From Macrostomum lignano (taxonomy: Eukaryota): a DNA stretch of 64,000 nt. Each line of letters begins with the position of its first letter. Position 1 is the first letter of the stretch. This document shows positions 1-13,580 of this stretch, piece after piece. The stretch covers positions 1,116,001-1,180,000 of the forward strand of contig NIVC01000059.1 in NCBI GenBank assembly GCA_002269645.1, in the 5' to 3' direction. The position numbers and the translations under genes are program-made. The notes beneath the pieces were generated by a model. That model made no database searches. It was not told the DNA's origin and was given only the letters and a program-made list of their open reading frames with translations.

Positions 1-692
1 TTGCCCACAATATCATAATAATCGCACAAAATATCCTAAGGATCGCCCACAATACCATAAGAATTGCCCACAATATCCTAAGGATCGCCCACAATACCAT
101 AAGAATTGCCCACAATATCCTAACGATCGCACACAATATTCTAAGAATCGCCCACAATATCCTAAGGATCGCACACAATATCCTAAAAATCGCACACAAT
201 ATCATAAGAATCGCACACAATATCATAAGAATCGCCCACAATATCCTAAGGATCGCACACAATATCCTAAAAATCGCACACAATATCATAAGAATCGCAC
301 ACAATATCATAAGAATCGCCCACAATATCCTAAAAATCGCCCACAATATCCTAAGAATCGCACACAATATCCTAAAAATCGCACACAATATCATAAGAAT
401 CGCACACAATATCCTAAAAATCGCCCACAATATCCTAAGAATCGCACACAATATCCTAAAAATCGCCCACAATATCCTAAGAATCGCACACAATATCATA
501 AGAATCGCACACAATATCATAAGAATCGCCCACAATATCCTAAAAATCGCCCACAATATCCTAAGAATCGCACACAATATCCTAAAAATCGCACACAATA
601 TCATAAGAAACGCACACAATATCCTAAGAATCGCACACAATATCCTAAAAATCGCACACAATATCATAAGAAACGCACACAATATCCTAAGG
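1..692. repeat. 21-bp tandem minisatellite (CACAATATCCTAAGAATCGCA), truncated by the window start
   Basis: About 33 near-identical 21-bp units with recurring variants (cct/cat, aga/aaa, gcc/gca). The ORF 13..195 is only the repeat read in frame. Confidence 0.95.
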
Positions 693-3052
693 ATTGCAAT
701 CTTCTCTCTTTGCAATCCTCTCTTTAAAAGAATCTCATAATTTCTTGTCTTAGCTAAAGTTTTACAGGTAATATATATAAACCTTAGTAGCTTAATTTGC
801 TACTCTATAGCAGTTGGGGGAGCTGGAGTCAATCCTTACTCACGGTACGAGTCGTAGGCTGCCTTACAAGATGATTAACCACGGAGAACTCCGATTAACT
901 TGCGGGTGCTTGCAACGAATGCTGTGACCAGTGGAGTTACACAAGATCGCCTACATGAAAAGAGTATCATCTTGCATTTTTAATCACGGCCGTGGCTGTA
1001 ATATCGCAACCCTAATATAGGCTTTGGTGAGGATCGGGCCAAATCATAATTTGAAGATAGCCGGAAGTGGCCGCCGAGTTGCTGCTGTTTCTGACTCTGC
1101 GGGGGTTGGTGGACAGCTAGAGAAGAGGTGGGTTCGTTTCCGCAGTCTCTCTTCTAGTTGAAGTCAGAGGGGAAGAAAGCCTCGCTCACTAGTTATGAAG
1201 AAGATTCTGTCTCTCTCTCTCCGCTCGCGAAATTGGCTTCGACTCGGCTTAATCCCGCGCCTCACCTCGGATAATACAGCCCGAGCGTATCTCTCCTCTC
1301 TCCTCTCCTGAAATGGATTTTTTTATTTTATTGAAGACGGCCTCTCCAGCTTAATTGGGTAGGTCAGCAGAGAGAAAGAGAGCGCGCGCCCCTGCGCTAA
1401 GGACGGTTATCAATTACCGTCCTATATGCTGCATGCCTTTCTAAGGACTTCGGCTCAGAGACTTGAGTCCTTATCCTTGCCAATATCTCTAGGCTCAGTG
1501 TGAAGAATGCCGGCCAAACCCCTTCATCCTCCCCTGATTTTCTCTCCGTGTGCGTCTGGGTGTCCGGCCAGTCATAGAGAGAAGCTTCCGAGTTTGCACC
1601 CGCAGAATGATATATTATGATGGAGAGCTGATATTTTGCATCTTTGAAGCAGAGCCTGTCGTACGTTAAGTACTTATCTGTTGGCCTCTGTCCCTCATGG
1701 CCGGATCAATTAATAAACCTGCGTCTTGGCCGTCCTCCAGAAGCTTCTCTTAGTCTTAAGTGGGCTAGTTCCAGCTGCTGCAGCTTGCCAGAAAGCACAC
1801 ACACACACACACACACACGCCACTCTAGTAGCCCTATACTCATTTCTCTTTCCCTACTCCTTGAGTCCCCCCTTCGTCCGCCGCTATAGCTGGATGCTGA
1901 TTGTCGGTCGAACTATTTGTCTGTCCGTCTGTCTATCTTTCTCTCCTTCCGTTTCTTGCAACTCGTCTGTGTCGCCGTGAGCGAGCGACTGGCTAGCTAC
2001 GAGCGAACTATATTTATAGAAATAGTTCGACTCTCATCTTTCGCCTTTCTCTTCGGTAGTGTTTTTTATTTATATAATTCAGCGGTTTTTCTATTACTTT
2101 GCACGCTCTATCGCATTATTGCGTAGCGGAGAGCGGCGTCGCTTGGACAAGCTGGTTTTAAGCGCGGCTGTTGGGGTTGCTGGCTTTTGTTGGGGGGTTG
2201 GCTTTTGGAGCCTCGCGCTCAGACAGTTCAATGTACGTCTAGGACCAATGTACATGTAAGGGACCAATGTACATTTAAACTAAGTCGTCTAATGCAGGTT
2301 TCCCTCTGCTTGTTGGCTCGGTGTTGAGGTTGGTTGGAGTGCCAATGTACGTTGACGCGACTGACCAGATAAACTATCATACTGGCGTGGAACTTATCGC
2401 ATAGAACTTGAATAACTGCGAGTGAAGCTAATTGTATTTTACTCGCCAGCAAGGGGCCCACCGCCCAAGGAGGGTGGTCACGACTGGCATGCCATTGGCT
2501 GATACTGCGTGTGTAATTCTCTCCCTTCGACTGCAGATTGAGTGCAGTCTGTGCCAGGGAGTAGTAGTCGCAGACAGCTGAGAGCAGAGGGGGGCAGAGC
2601 TCTCTAGACCTCGACCTCGCAGTTGGCCAAGCAGGCCAGCCAGTCTCACGCAGAGTTTTCTTTCTTTTCTCTCTTCCGAGCTGGCGCGTGTGCCGCCGGC
2701 CCGCCGCCCCTCCCTCTATCTACTCTTCCTCTTTCTCCTGCCTCTCCTTGGCCCTCTTTCTCTGCCTCTGGCGTCAATTTCTTTTGCTTTTGCTTGGCAC
2801 TGGCGTGTTGCCTTTTTTGCTAAACAGGCGCGAGCGCTCACGCTCCCCAAAAAGAGAGACATAATAATTCTGGGTGACGAACGAAGAAAACGAGTCGAGG
2901 TATAGGTGTCTCCACAGTCGAAAAAAGTAATTAAGTCACGAAGAAAACAGACTCGGACTAGTAACGGCGAAAGTAGGATTATAACGCGATCCGGAGTCTC
3001 CCCTAAATTCTAGAGCCAGACAGGCGCAAGTCTTGCTAATACTTGTTCATCC

Positions 3053-4726
3053 ATGGAAGACGATCAGCCGTGCGAGGAGGAGCTGAAGCTCATCGCCGAG
3101 ATTAAAGAGATGAAGGCTCGAATTCGCACCGCTCGCAAGGAGGCCGCCGATGCCGATTACGTGACGGAGACTGAGAACTTGCCGCCGCTGGGTCGGCTTA
3201 AGTTCAAAGTGCGCAAAGAACTTCACGGCCATTTGGCTAAGCTGACCGACCTTCACTGGGGCAAGAACTCCGACACCTTGGTCACTGCTGGCCAGGATGG
3301 TAAACTGTTTGTCTGGGACGTTTACAAGTGCATGAAGCAGAACGCTGTGTTCCTGAACACCGCCTGGGTCATGGCGGTCAGCTTCAGTCCGGACAACACC
3401 CGGGTAGCCAGCGGCGGCCTCGACAACATCCTGTCAATCCACAACCTGGAGGAGCCCGAAGGTGGCACGCCGATCGAGCTGTCTGGCCACGATGGCTACA
3501 TCGCGTCTATTCGATTCACGGACGCCTCACACTGCGTCACGTCATCCGGTGACAAGTCCTGCGCGTTGTGGGACCTGCAGGTGACTATTCGCTTAATTAC
3601 CAGTTCCAGTAGTACTTTAAAGAGCCACAAAGGCTGGGTATTATTACATACGTATATATAGCATTGCATTAAAATACTTGAAAGTCGCCAATTTGCTAGC
3701 AACTTCTCATCACTTTGATGCCTCTTGTTCATTTGACTGGGAAACTTTCTTTTGACTACTGTATAATCTAACTATGATTAACTCGCCTGCATAGCAGGCT
3801 TCGAATCTGAACCCAATAGTTGGCTATGCGCTGAGCCAAATTAGGCTGGCTTCCAAATTGATTTGATTTTCTACAGAGTAGAGAGATCTTCTGTACTTTT
3901 GATCGATAGAAACTTAATTTTGGACTGAAGTTGAGTTGAGAATTTAAAATCAGTAAGACTCTCTATCGAGAGGGGCTTTCATCCAAAATCTGACCTTATA
4001 GTTAGTGACTCGCCGTTTAGCTTGTGACTTATCTGTGTCTGAAAACTGATTGTCAGAGGCTACAAATTCTGGTTACATTGCCGCATAGATGGCGCCACTG
4101 TACACGAACGGTTACTGTAACTAACAGACAAATATTTGCTCCGCCGTTATCTGCAAAGCATCTACTGCAGTATTCTTGCAAAGCACTTGGCCACTCATCC
4201 TCATTAACAGGCTGGAAAGATTGTTCACCGATTCCTTGGCCACGAGAACGACGTGAACGCGCTGGCTTTAGCCAGCCACTCGCAGCATTTTGCCAGCGCC
4301 TCGAGCGACAAGACAGCCAAACTGTGGGACCTACGGGAGCAGCACTGCCGCGCCACCTACTGGGGCCACGAGCTCGACGTCAATGGCGTTGATTATTTCC
4401 CCCAGTGCGACTACGCGTTCGCCACTTCGTCGGACGATGGCAGCTGCCGCATGTGGGACATTCGAGCCGATCAGATGCTAGCCAACCTTGGCGACGACTT
4501 CATCCAGTGCGGCAGCACGTGCGTCGCTGTCTCGCGCAGCGGTCGCCTAGTGATGGCTGGCTACGACGACTACAACTGTCACGTGTGGGACCTGCTGCTG
4601 GAGGAGCGAATCGGCATCATGCTCGGCCACGACAACCGCATCTCCTGCATCGGCGTCAGTCCCAATGGAATCGCGGTTGCCACAGGCGCCTGGGACAACA
4701 ACAGCTTTATCTGGACGGCCAAGTAG
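3053..4726 (+). CDS. GNB: Heterotrimeric G-protein beta subunit (WD40), divergent; 2 exons, 347 aa
   Basis: Exons 3053..3580 and 4211..4726 joined by a phase-0 GT-AG intron. N-terminal coiled coil, then GHLAK, GQDGKL, GGLDN, SDDGSCR, GHDNRISC and TGAWD motifs, collinear with G-beta. Confidence 0.95.
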
Positions 4727-5991
4727 TTCTCTGACCATTTCGCGTTTGGCCTACTTCATTTTAATTTCCGTGTTTCACTTTCTTAATCATATTTTGGTGT
4801 GGGGCAGCCTACTACGAGCTATTTGTATTAAAGCAGTTCACCCGACCCCGCTAAGCTTGTCAATTAAAAGCTCAGAAGCTCGGGACCATAAGCTCGAATC
4901 GTTGTAACTCCGATCTCGGCGTATACTTTAAGCCAAAAACCGAAACCTGATGCATGCGGTTTAGGCGTACGAGTACTAAATAAGTCACCAACCAGAATCC
5001 TTCAATTTCAAAAAAGTGTAATATGCTGGCTAAAAGCAGTCATACACAACTCATCTCTTTCCATTTCACTGTATCTTGTTGCTCATAAATCTTCTCAACC
5101 GATTGTTAAATCCATGTAATTTCCTTATGCAAATTATTGCACGTTTTTTCTATAAGAATATTGAGGTTCTTGAATGTTTCGATGTTGTTTTGTTATTTTC
5201 GTACATATACGCCAGTTAAAATGTTCTGTGTAGTCAAATGACTCGCTAAACGACACTTTTATCGAAGTATAGCGTCCATCATTGCAGTTTTAGTCCCCCA
5301 AAAAACTATGAATTTTCCCTAACTGTTTACCATTCCGTCTCTAGAACAATTTTCAATACGAAACGTTTTTTTTCTCGTGGATCGAGTACCTTTATCTTCG
5401 GATTGGAGTGTATCGACCTTGAACTCGTAATAGCTATAGTATTTATTTACTGTCATGAAGTTTTTTCTGACTTTGTTGCGTCTTGACATTCGATATTTTT
5501 ATGCTCGTTCGCGGAAGTCAGTTGGCTAATATATTTGTTTTTTCTGCTTAAACGGCCTAACACTCCAGTGTGCATATTTCTACTGTAATATCGATGTTTG
5601 CTCGAGTTATCGCACAAGAATTATCGTTCTCTGCACAAGCAGTTTATGAACAGTCAGTTAGCTATAGTTGAATTCCGGGGTATGGGAGATGTGAAGTTTG
5701 ATGATTTATAGGCATCCATGATAGTTCCATCGCGTACCATCGTCCCTGATCGTACACACTGGACCAAGCCAACTAGTGCTATAAGAGTAGCAAAACTGCA
5801 GTCGCCTTCGCTATTTACACAACCATTTTTTTAACTGCCGACTCCTTTGAAATTGATCGAACAGGGTAACACTTTTTAAGCCATTTGCACTGCTTTTTTA
5901 GAACTCATTATTTCAGCCATGATATCGTTAACAGATTAAATATACATGGGAATGAGAACAAGCTCATTGTTGTCGGAGACAAGCTTTCGAC

Positions 5992-6178
<187 letters not shown>

Positions 6179-6897
6179 CTGGCTAAAAAAGTAAGTATTT
6201 TTGTTCTCACATGCTAGCAATGAACAATTTAACACTTTGCACACAAAAATGACCCAAAGAAAAATATTAACTATCTTTGAAAGCGCTCTACAAGACGCAT
6301 CGCATCAACTATACCTAAAACGAGCCCTTCTAGTCTTCAGTCTTCATCGCGCCCCCTGCTGCTGCCATCGCTCTCGGGTTTCTACCTTTTCCGCTACAGT
6401 AGGCAGCTGTCTATATTATACATTTAGTACCCAGTCAATCAACCGTAAGTGACATTCGCAAGCTGGGTATGCTGTGCTGAATTAATGCTTAAAAAACCCA
6501 ATAACAGAAAAATGCTATGGAAACTTAGATAAGCATCACCTGGCCACATTCCTACTGCAACCTACTGCCGCGCCTATACACATGAATCCGCATATCCGAC
6601 CAAAGAACATTGTTACAGGATCAATCAGAACCTCTTATAGCAGAAATGTAAGCCTATTAATGGACAAGCAAATATTCGTTAAAAACCGATCTAACAGGAG
6701 GGACAGGTCATTAACTAACCTTTTCGGATGGTCCTGCTTGTAACACCAATGTTATCCTTTCATTAGCAGAGCGCAGCCCGCGGTTCTGAAACTAACATTC
6801 GAACAGTATAAAAAGGATTTATAAATTTTCTGCTCCCGGGGCAGATTTCCGATTTAATGTTGTTTGCTAAATCCTACAACTATATTGGCTGACAGCC

Positions 6898-7806
6898 ATG
6901 ACAAAGAAGCGACCGCAGAACGCGACTCGGGAGCGAGACCGACTTCGAACTCTGCAGCTGGCTTTCAAAGCGTTGCAGGCCGCACTTCCCAGCGTTCCGG
7001 GCGGTACGAAACTGTCTAAGCTGGACATCCTGCTGCTGGCCCGGACCTACATCTGCCACCTGTTGTACGTGCTCGGTCGCATCGGGCGGGAGCAGTACAT
7101 GCGGAGCCAGCTATGCCACAGTAGCAAGGTGAGAAATGAGAGCGAACTATATACCGTTTTGCGATCTAGCTTGCCTAAGGATAATGTTTATTAATAATCA
7201 ATGCAGGAGTGGATGAGCTGAAGTAACAGTGAGCAATGAACACAGCATATGTACGCACAGAGCCCACATTAGCGACTGAAGTGAAGAGAGAGGTCAGATG
7301 GTTGTCATTCAGTCAAATATGTCAACCAGCTCTAGACACCTCTGGATGTACGCTTGACTATAGTTCACCTACTAAATGCACTTCTGCTGGGTGATGTCAT
7401 TCATCGAGCTAGGCCCCTACCGAATAGTCCGATGAGATTCAAAATTCGAATCAAGGTCCACACTGGGCCATTCTTGCTCCTTCTATGTCATGTCTGTCTA
7501 AGTCTGTCTTTACTGCTTGAGTGCTTGGTTTGCCATCTGCAAACAAGCAAACTAGGTCCCAGTTTTGGCAAAAATTGAATGCACTTTTCGGAGATTAGTC
7601 GTACGTAGTAAAGAAGTGAAGAAGATAGTAGGAGCAGCCGACGGAAATAACGACATCAAACGTCGAAAACTTTACCTGTCTCTTTAGGTATAGTACTACC
7701 TGAGGCAGGTAGCCTATAGTACAATCTACCTGAACTTGCTTCTTTATACTTTCTCATGCTTTCCTGTCCTGCCCAGAGTTACGAGCGCAGTTCTTCGTCT
7801 CGTTAG
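6898..7806 (+). CDS. TCF24: bHLH transcription factor, TCF23/TCF24 (OUT)-like; about 86 aa
   Basis: Exon 6898..7128 encodes [48 protein letters not shown], close to the recalled TCF24 bHLH. Donor GTGAGA at 7129. The best phase-0 acceptor (long pyrimidine tract + CAG at 7776) gives a last exon 7777..7806 (SYERSSSSR*). The 3' exon is less certain than the domain call. Confidence 0.8.
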
Positions 7807-8049
7807 ATTTAATTGCATGCATTTCACTTGTACACTGAAACAGTGGGATGTATTCGCTAATGCATTTTTATTTTACCCTATTTAGGTGCTAATGGATATG
7901 AATGAATGATGGCTATCCAAAAATGAAGTTTTTCGATTATAAAAACACTGGCATAAATAAAAAATTCCCCAAACCTTTGCAACAGCAAACTAAAAAGGTT
8001 ATTAGTTACACTAAAATTTTGCCGACGATGTCAGCGGCGGACAGGCAAC

Positions 8050-8380
8050 TGAAATAGGACTTGCTCTCGGTTTTCTTAGAAAGGAACTGGAGGTTCGTAA
8101 GGAACTTATCTAAGGCAGGCTCTGTTCCAACGAGGTAAAACACTGGCCTCGAATATTCTCCTTAATCATCATCATCATTGGAAAAACGTTCTAAGCCCAC
8201 TGGAACCAAATCAGGTAAATAGAGCGGCTGAGCAAGAACTTCCCCATTCCAGGACTTCAAGAGTTCGACTTCCACTTTTTTGGCAAAGTCCACAGGCGCG
8301 TTATTATCGCGAAAGGATTGTCCCTCTCTCCAGCAAACCCCTCATTTTATCTCCTACTTTTTGGACTGGCCGTAGCATTT
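8050..8380 (-). mobile_element. Degenerate mariner transposase remnant (C-terminal DDD region)
   Basis: The minus strand translates, across frameshifts and stops, as KMRGLLERGTIL / RDNNAP...AKKVEVELLKSWNGEVLAQPLYLPDLVP / KENIRGQCFTSLEQ. This matches the mariner pattern KRRGLLSxGVILLHDNA...WEVLxHPPYSPDLAP...LxGxRF. Confidence 0.7.
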
Positions 8381-9278
8381 ATCGAATAGGCGATTTAGTC
8401 TTACTTGATGGCCTTATAGTGTCAGTGTCAGACCTGTATCCAAACTCAAATTTCAGAAGTGGCCCCTGAGAGAGCGTCTTTATCTCCTGGCTAGCAAGAG
8501 CTGACGAAGTTCCAGGACAGAGTTCTCGGACGGAGTTCCAGTCAGAATGACAGCTGATTAAAACAAATGATGATATTATATAAGCTATAATTAAATTTGT
8601 CAAGAATTTCTTCTGAGTGAAAATTCTAGTATTGTTATACACTTACAAATTATTCGTACATTTCTGTTGATAGTAGTATATGAGCTGCAATGTGCGTGTG
8701 CTTCTTTGCGTGTGCTCCTAAAGTTGTGTTCTTATTCAGAAAACAAATAAATCGTTAAAATTAAACAACTGAACCAAATTTTATGCAGCAACATCAATTT
8801 GTTGTCGAAATTCATATTTTCTGCGACTTTATTCTTTCTTTCTATTCCGAGTAGGTCATGCAGTAATTTTTCAGTTTTTGTTTCGGCAAAATTACTCCAT
8901 CACCCTATGTAGCACTATTATACTATTCGAAAAAAAACATACTTTTCGGCTGAGTAGAGCCATTTGAAGTTGCAGTAAAAGTGACTCCAGCACTGAAGGG
9001 TTCTTTACTAGCTTTGTGTGTTCCGATGCGTTCTTATCCGGTTTTATGTTTATGGTAGAAACACAACCCATCATGATCTGGGAAAGACAATCTTAGGGAT
9101 TTAACTTGTTCACACCTCACTCTGGATGACATATTGACACCTAATCGTCTATGTAAAAATCCAAGTCTTCTTCCGAACTCTCTCTTCAAAATCTTATTTT
9201 CGGCTGTCAGTTAGCGATTTGAACTTCAATTAATTAAATTTTATTCCATTGGATCTGCATAAATAAAAATAATCAAGC

Positions 9279-10633
9279 ATGACCGAAGGGACAAGCACTC
9301 AGCCAAAGACTGTGGTTGGTGTTGGCAATGACACGACAAGCTCCGATAGCAACGCCTCTCTCAGCAAGCAGCTCCACGTGACTGGATCAGAGTTTGTCAG
9401 CGCTCTGAAGGACGCGATGGTCGAGATCGATGCCAGCATGAAGCACCGCGAGGAGATCCAATCGATCGCTAGCTTCCTAGTCGCATTTCACAGTACAGAC
9501 TCGACAGCTTTCCTCAGCGAAGACCAGCTCAGCCAGTTGACCTTCACTTTTCGAATCGAATCAGTTGAGCAAACTCGAAGCTGTCTGCTAAAAATTTTCC
9601 GCTCTGGCTCGTCGAATGTTGCCCAGACTAAGCGTTATCGTTACTATCATTTGGTGCCTACTGAGGCCTTTGTCTCGTACTTATGCACTCGAACCTACTA
9701 CCGGCAGATGAGTGCGGATTCTACTGAATCGACGCCATTCAAATTTCCCATTCGAGAAAGCGGAGAATTCTGGTCTTCTAAGAAGCATCAATTTGTCGCC
9801 GACGAGGAAGGTACGCTTGTACACGTAAATACTACTTCAAGTATGATTTTCGAAAGTCGAATTCGGAATTTTATTGTAAAACTTTGATTCAATTTTAGGT
9901 GGCTAATTGTGCAGTGGTATAACTTTTTAATGCAAATTTAAGTATTTATTTTATTTTACTGCAGTGGTACTGAATACTGACTTCATAGAAAGCGTAGATG
10001 TACAGAAAGGTCTGGAAATGTATGCTAGAAAGGACGTTAAAATTTAGCATAACTTGGCGCTGATGAATATAGAAAGGCGCTACACATGTAGATAAGTGAG
10101 TGACGTATAATAACATGTTTTAATCCGCGTTAAAATTTCTACTTGTAGAAGATCAGCAGGACAAGGTGTGGACAAAACAGGAACTGATCTTGACCAACTT
10201 TCTACATTTCCTAGTGAACATGTTCGCCCGCAACATTCCCGGGAATCTGCTCTATGGCATCGAAAATGCCTCGTGCAAAGGTGATTTCTTTTTCTGCATC
10301 AAATTCCTGCAAGAGACACTGCTAGCCAACCCCATGGATCTGAGGAGAATCTACGAACGCATCTGGGACCAGTTCCAGCGGCTGAGTCGCGACCCTGGAA
10401 ATCTTGCCAGAGTGAATGAGCTCAAACTGTTCTGCCTGCCAATTATCAACAAAAATTGGGACTCGTCCGTGCTTCGTCACATGCCGGATTACTTTACCGC
10501 CGGGTTCATCGACAAGGACACATTTTTGAAGGTTTGCAGCGACTGCATCATGTGGACTGAAATCGAGGACAAGTCCAAAGCTGCTGGTCGAGACAGCCAT
10601 GTCCCCTATCTCAAGTTACTGCACTTTTCTTAA
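9279..10633 (+). CDS. Uncharacterised protein; 3 exons, 353 aa
   Basis: Exons 9279..9810, 9965..10009 and 10149..10633. Both introns are GT-AG and phase 1, and they join ORFs 9279 and 10166 in frame. No domain recognised. Confidence 0.75.
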
Positions 10634-11230
10634 CTGTACTCTTTTTGATAGATGGTCTTAACTGCGTTATTCAACAAATTTATTCGTCGGAGGACATGGC
10701 TTCTTTTCACTTCTTGTTCGCCCAAGTTCACTTATTAATCTGTTAATCTTCAGAGCTAGCAACTTGCAACTAGCTGAGACTATATTCTGCAGAACGTTTG
10801 GATCTATTATTGTCAGTAAGGCTTCTTGTACTCGGACTACGTGTTACAATTCCATCCGACCCAATGCAGAGAAAATCGTCTCAGTACGTTTAATAGCTAC
10901 GTCACAACTAACGACACATTTATCACTTAATTTGATACGTTTGAGTATAGGAGGTTTGAAGCTTAGCAACTGTAAGTGGTCGATAGCTAGTTAGTAAGGA
11001 ATTCGATAGCCAGATACCTGGATTGAATGGGACAACTGTTAGTCTAGTACATGTAGATTTGACCAATTCGAAAATGCTAATTTACAGTTGCTCCCAAAGG
11101 AGAGTCAAACAGACTTTTTCCTTTGGTTCCAATTTCGTGTAGAATTTTACAGAGAAAAGTGATGATACGAAGCAGACATCCTCTGTAAGCTCTCTTGCGG
11201 GCTTTCTCTTTTTGACAAACAATTCAGATC

Positions 11231-12102
11231 CTAGTGAATGCTACAACGCAACGTCACTCCTAAATTCTAGTAGTGAATGCTAAAACACAACGTCACTCCT
11301 AAATTATAGTATTGAATGCTAAAACACAACGTCGCTCCTAAATTATGGTAGTGAATGCTAAACACAACGTCACTCCTAAATTCTAGTAGTGAATGCTAAA
11401 ACACAACGTCACTCCTAAATTCTAGTAGTGAATGCTAAAACACAACGTCACTCCTAAATTCTAGTAGTGAATGCTAAAACGCAACGTCACTCCTAAATTA
11501 TAGTAGTGAATGCTAAAACACAACGTCACTCCTAAATTCTAGTAGTGAATGCTAAAACACAACGTCACTCCTAAATTATAGTAGTGAATGCTAAAACACA
11601 ACGTCACTCCTAAATTCTAGTAGTGAATGCTAAAACACAACGTCAACTCCTAAATTCTAGTAGTGAATGCTAAAACACAACGTCACTCCTAAATTCTAGT
11701 AGTGAATGCTAAAACACAGCGTCAACTCCTAAATTCTAGTAGTGAATGCTAAAACACAGCGTCAACTCCTAAATTATAGTAGTGAATGCTAAAACACAAC
11801 GTCACTCCTAAATTCTAGTAGTGAATGCTAAAACACAACGTCACTCCTAAATTCTAGTAGTGAATGCTAAAACACAACGTCAACTCCTAAATTCTAGTAG
11901 TGAATGCTAAAACACAACGTCACTCCTAAATTATAGTAGTGAATGCTAAAACACAACGTCACTCCTAAATTCTAGTAGTGAATGCTAAAACACAACGTCA
12001 CTCCTAAATTATAGTAGTGAATGCTAAAACACAACGTCACTCCTAAATTATAGTAGTGAATGCTAAAACACAACGTCACTCCTAAATTCTAGTAGTGAAT
12101 GC
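11231..12102. repeat. 39-bp tandem minisatellite (CTCCTAAATTCTAGTAGTGAATGCTAAAACACAACGTCA)
   Basis: About 22 units, with occasional 38/40-bp variants. Confidence 0.95.
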
Positions 12103-13274
12103 ACTACCAGTGAATTCTAGTAGTGAAAGTAGTGAAACTCCGCTACAAAGCAGCCATCACTGCAATCAAAACTGATGCAAGGAAATCTACTTAGTTCAGG
12201 CACGAGTCACTAAACTCAACCTTTCAGTGAATTGAATCACAGTCTAAATCTTCCCAACTGTGACCAGAAGGATCCTTTAATTATGAAGCTTTCTTAGAAA
12301 TTGAAAACCGGGAAATTTAAGTTAATAGCCCGCCGGCATAAACTGTAGTCAGCCTGCACTTTCCTAATTCTGACAAATTGTGGTCACGTGTTCTGGAATA
12401 ACTTCTTCTTAATGAGCATAGAACTGAAAGCAATCTGACTTGAGAGCAGCTGTCTATCAAACACCTGGCCTTGGGGCAAGAGCCTGCTAAGGTAACAATA
12501 ACAATCAGTTATACAGCTTTTTGTCGCTAGCATGTAGTTTGCTAGTTTTTTCCTGACTGACAGCTCACTCCGCGCTACAGTCTGCGTGATGAATTATTAC
12601 AAACCCTCTACTAAGCCCTAGAGAGCTCACTATTGAATGTTTAACAATCGATTGAGGATCTATGGACAACTTTTTACTTGCTCCTGCATCCGTTATCTTA
12701 CTTCATTTTCACTGTCTTTTCCGTGACAATAGCTAGATATTTCGCCGACTCTTGTTTCTCTATCCTACCAGAGATAATTGTCATTCAGCTGAGAAAAGTG
12801 AGTTTTTCCTCCGCATAACCACCTACTAGCTACCTGTCGTATACTCTTAAAACTGTAGCCTGCCATATAGCTGGATGCAGCAGACACTTACTGTCTGACT
12901 GGATCAGGCGTAGGCGAACTGCTGGCTGATAACTGATTATCCTAGCCAGCAGTAGATTTTTTACGACTCCTGACTCCGCGGCTGTGTAATGCGTCTACAT
13001 ATATGGCTTAATTAATTGCTTCTAACAGTAAATGGTTTAATTATTAAGCATACAGCTGGGTTGATGAAGCCTCTCGGATTGGTACAGTAGAAAAGGGAGA
13101 TTCAATATGATGTTGAGAGGATTGTAACTATGTTTAACTTTGGCCTACACTTTGCCCCACTATAGTGCGTTATCTTGCACTCAAGAAATCAGTGGTATCT
13201 AGGGCAAGCTCGAGGAGGAGTAGAACCTGCGCTTCGGGCTGTGTTTTGGCATCTGTTCCAATTCATGGTTTTAC

Positions 13275-13580
13275 TTTTGACCTCTGCTCCAGGTCGTAGT
13301 TTTTGGCCTTTTGACCTCTTCTCCAGGTCGTAGTTTTAGCCTTTCACCTCTGCTCCAAGTCGTAGTTTTTGGCCTTTTGACCTCTTCTCCAGGTCGTAGT
13401 TTTTGGCCTTTGACCTCTGCTCCAAGTCGTAGTTTTGGCCTTTGACCTCTGCTCCAAGTTGTAGTTTTTGGCCTTTGACCTCTGCTCCAAGTTGTAGTTT
13501 TTGCCTTTGACCTCTGCTCCAGGTCGTAGTTTTAGCCTTTGACCTCTGATCCAGGTCGTAGTTTTGGCCTTTGACCCCTG
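13275..13580. repeat. 32-34-bp tandem minisatellite (TTTGACCTCTGCTCCAGGTCGTAGTTTTGGCC)
   Basis: About 9-10 units. Length variation lies in the T runs. Confidence 0.9.

Noticed and set aside
3053-3661. ORF-track ends of intron-containing genes (e.g. 3661, 7194, 9887, 19916, 28200, 35503)
   Set aside because: These are read-through into introns. Homology stops at canonical donors.
3790-3850. Decayed tRNA/SINE-like boxes on the minus strand of the G-beta intron
   Set aside because: The A and B boxes are too degenerate, and there is no shared body with the SINE copies.
11231-12102. CRISPR-like appearance of the 39-42-bp repeats
   Set aside because: Units are contiguous with no unique spacers, there are no cas genes, and the context is eukaryotic.
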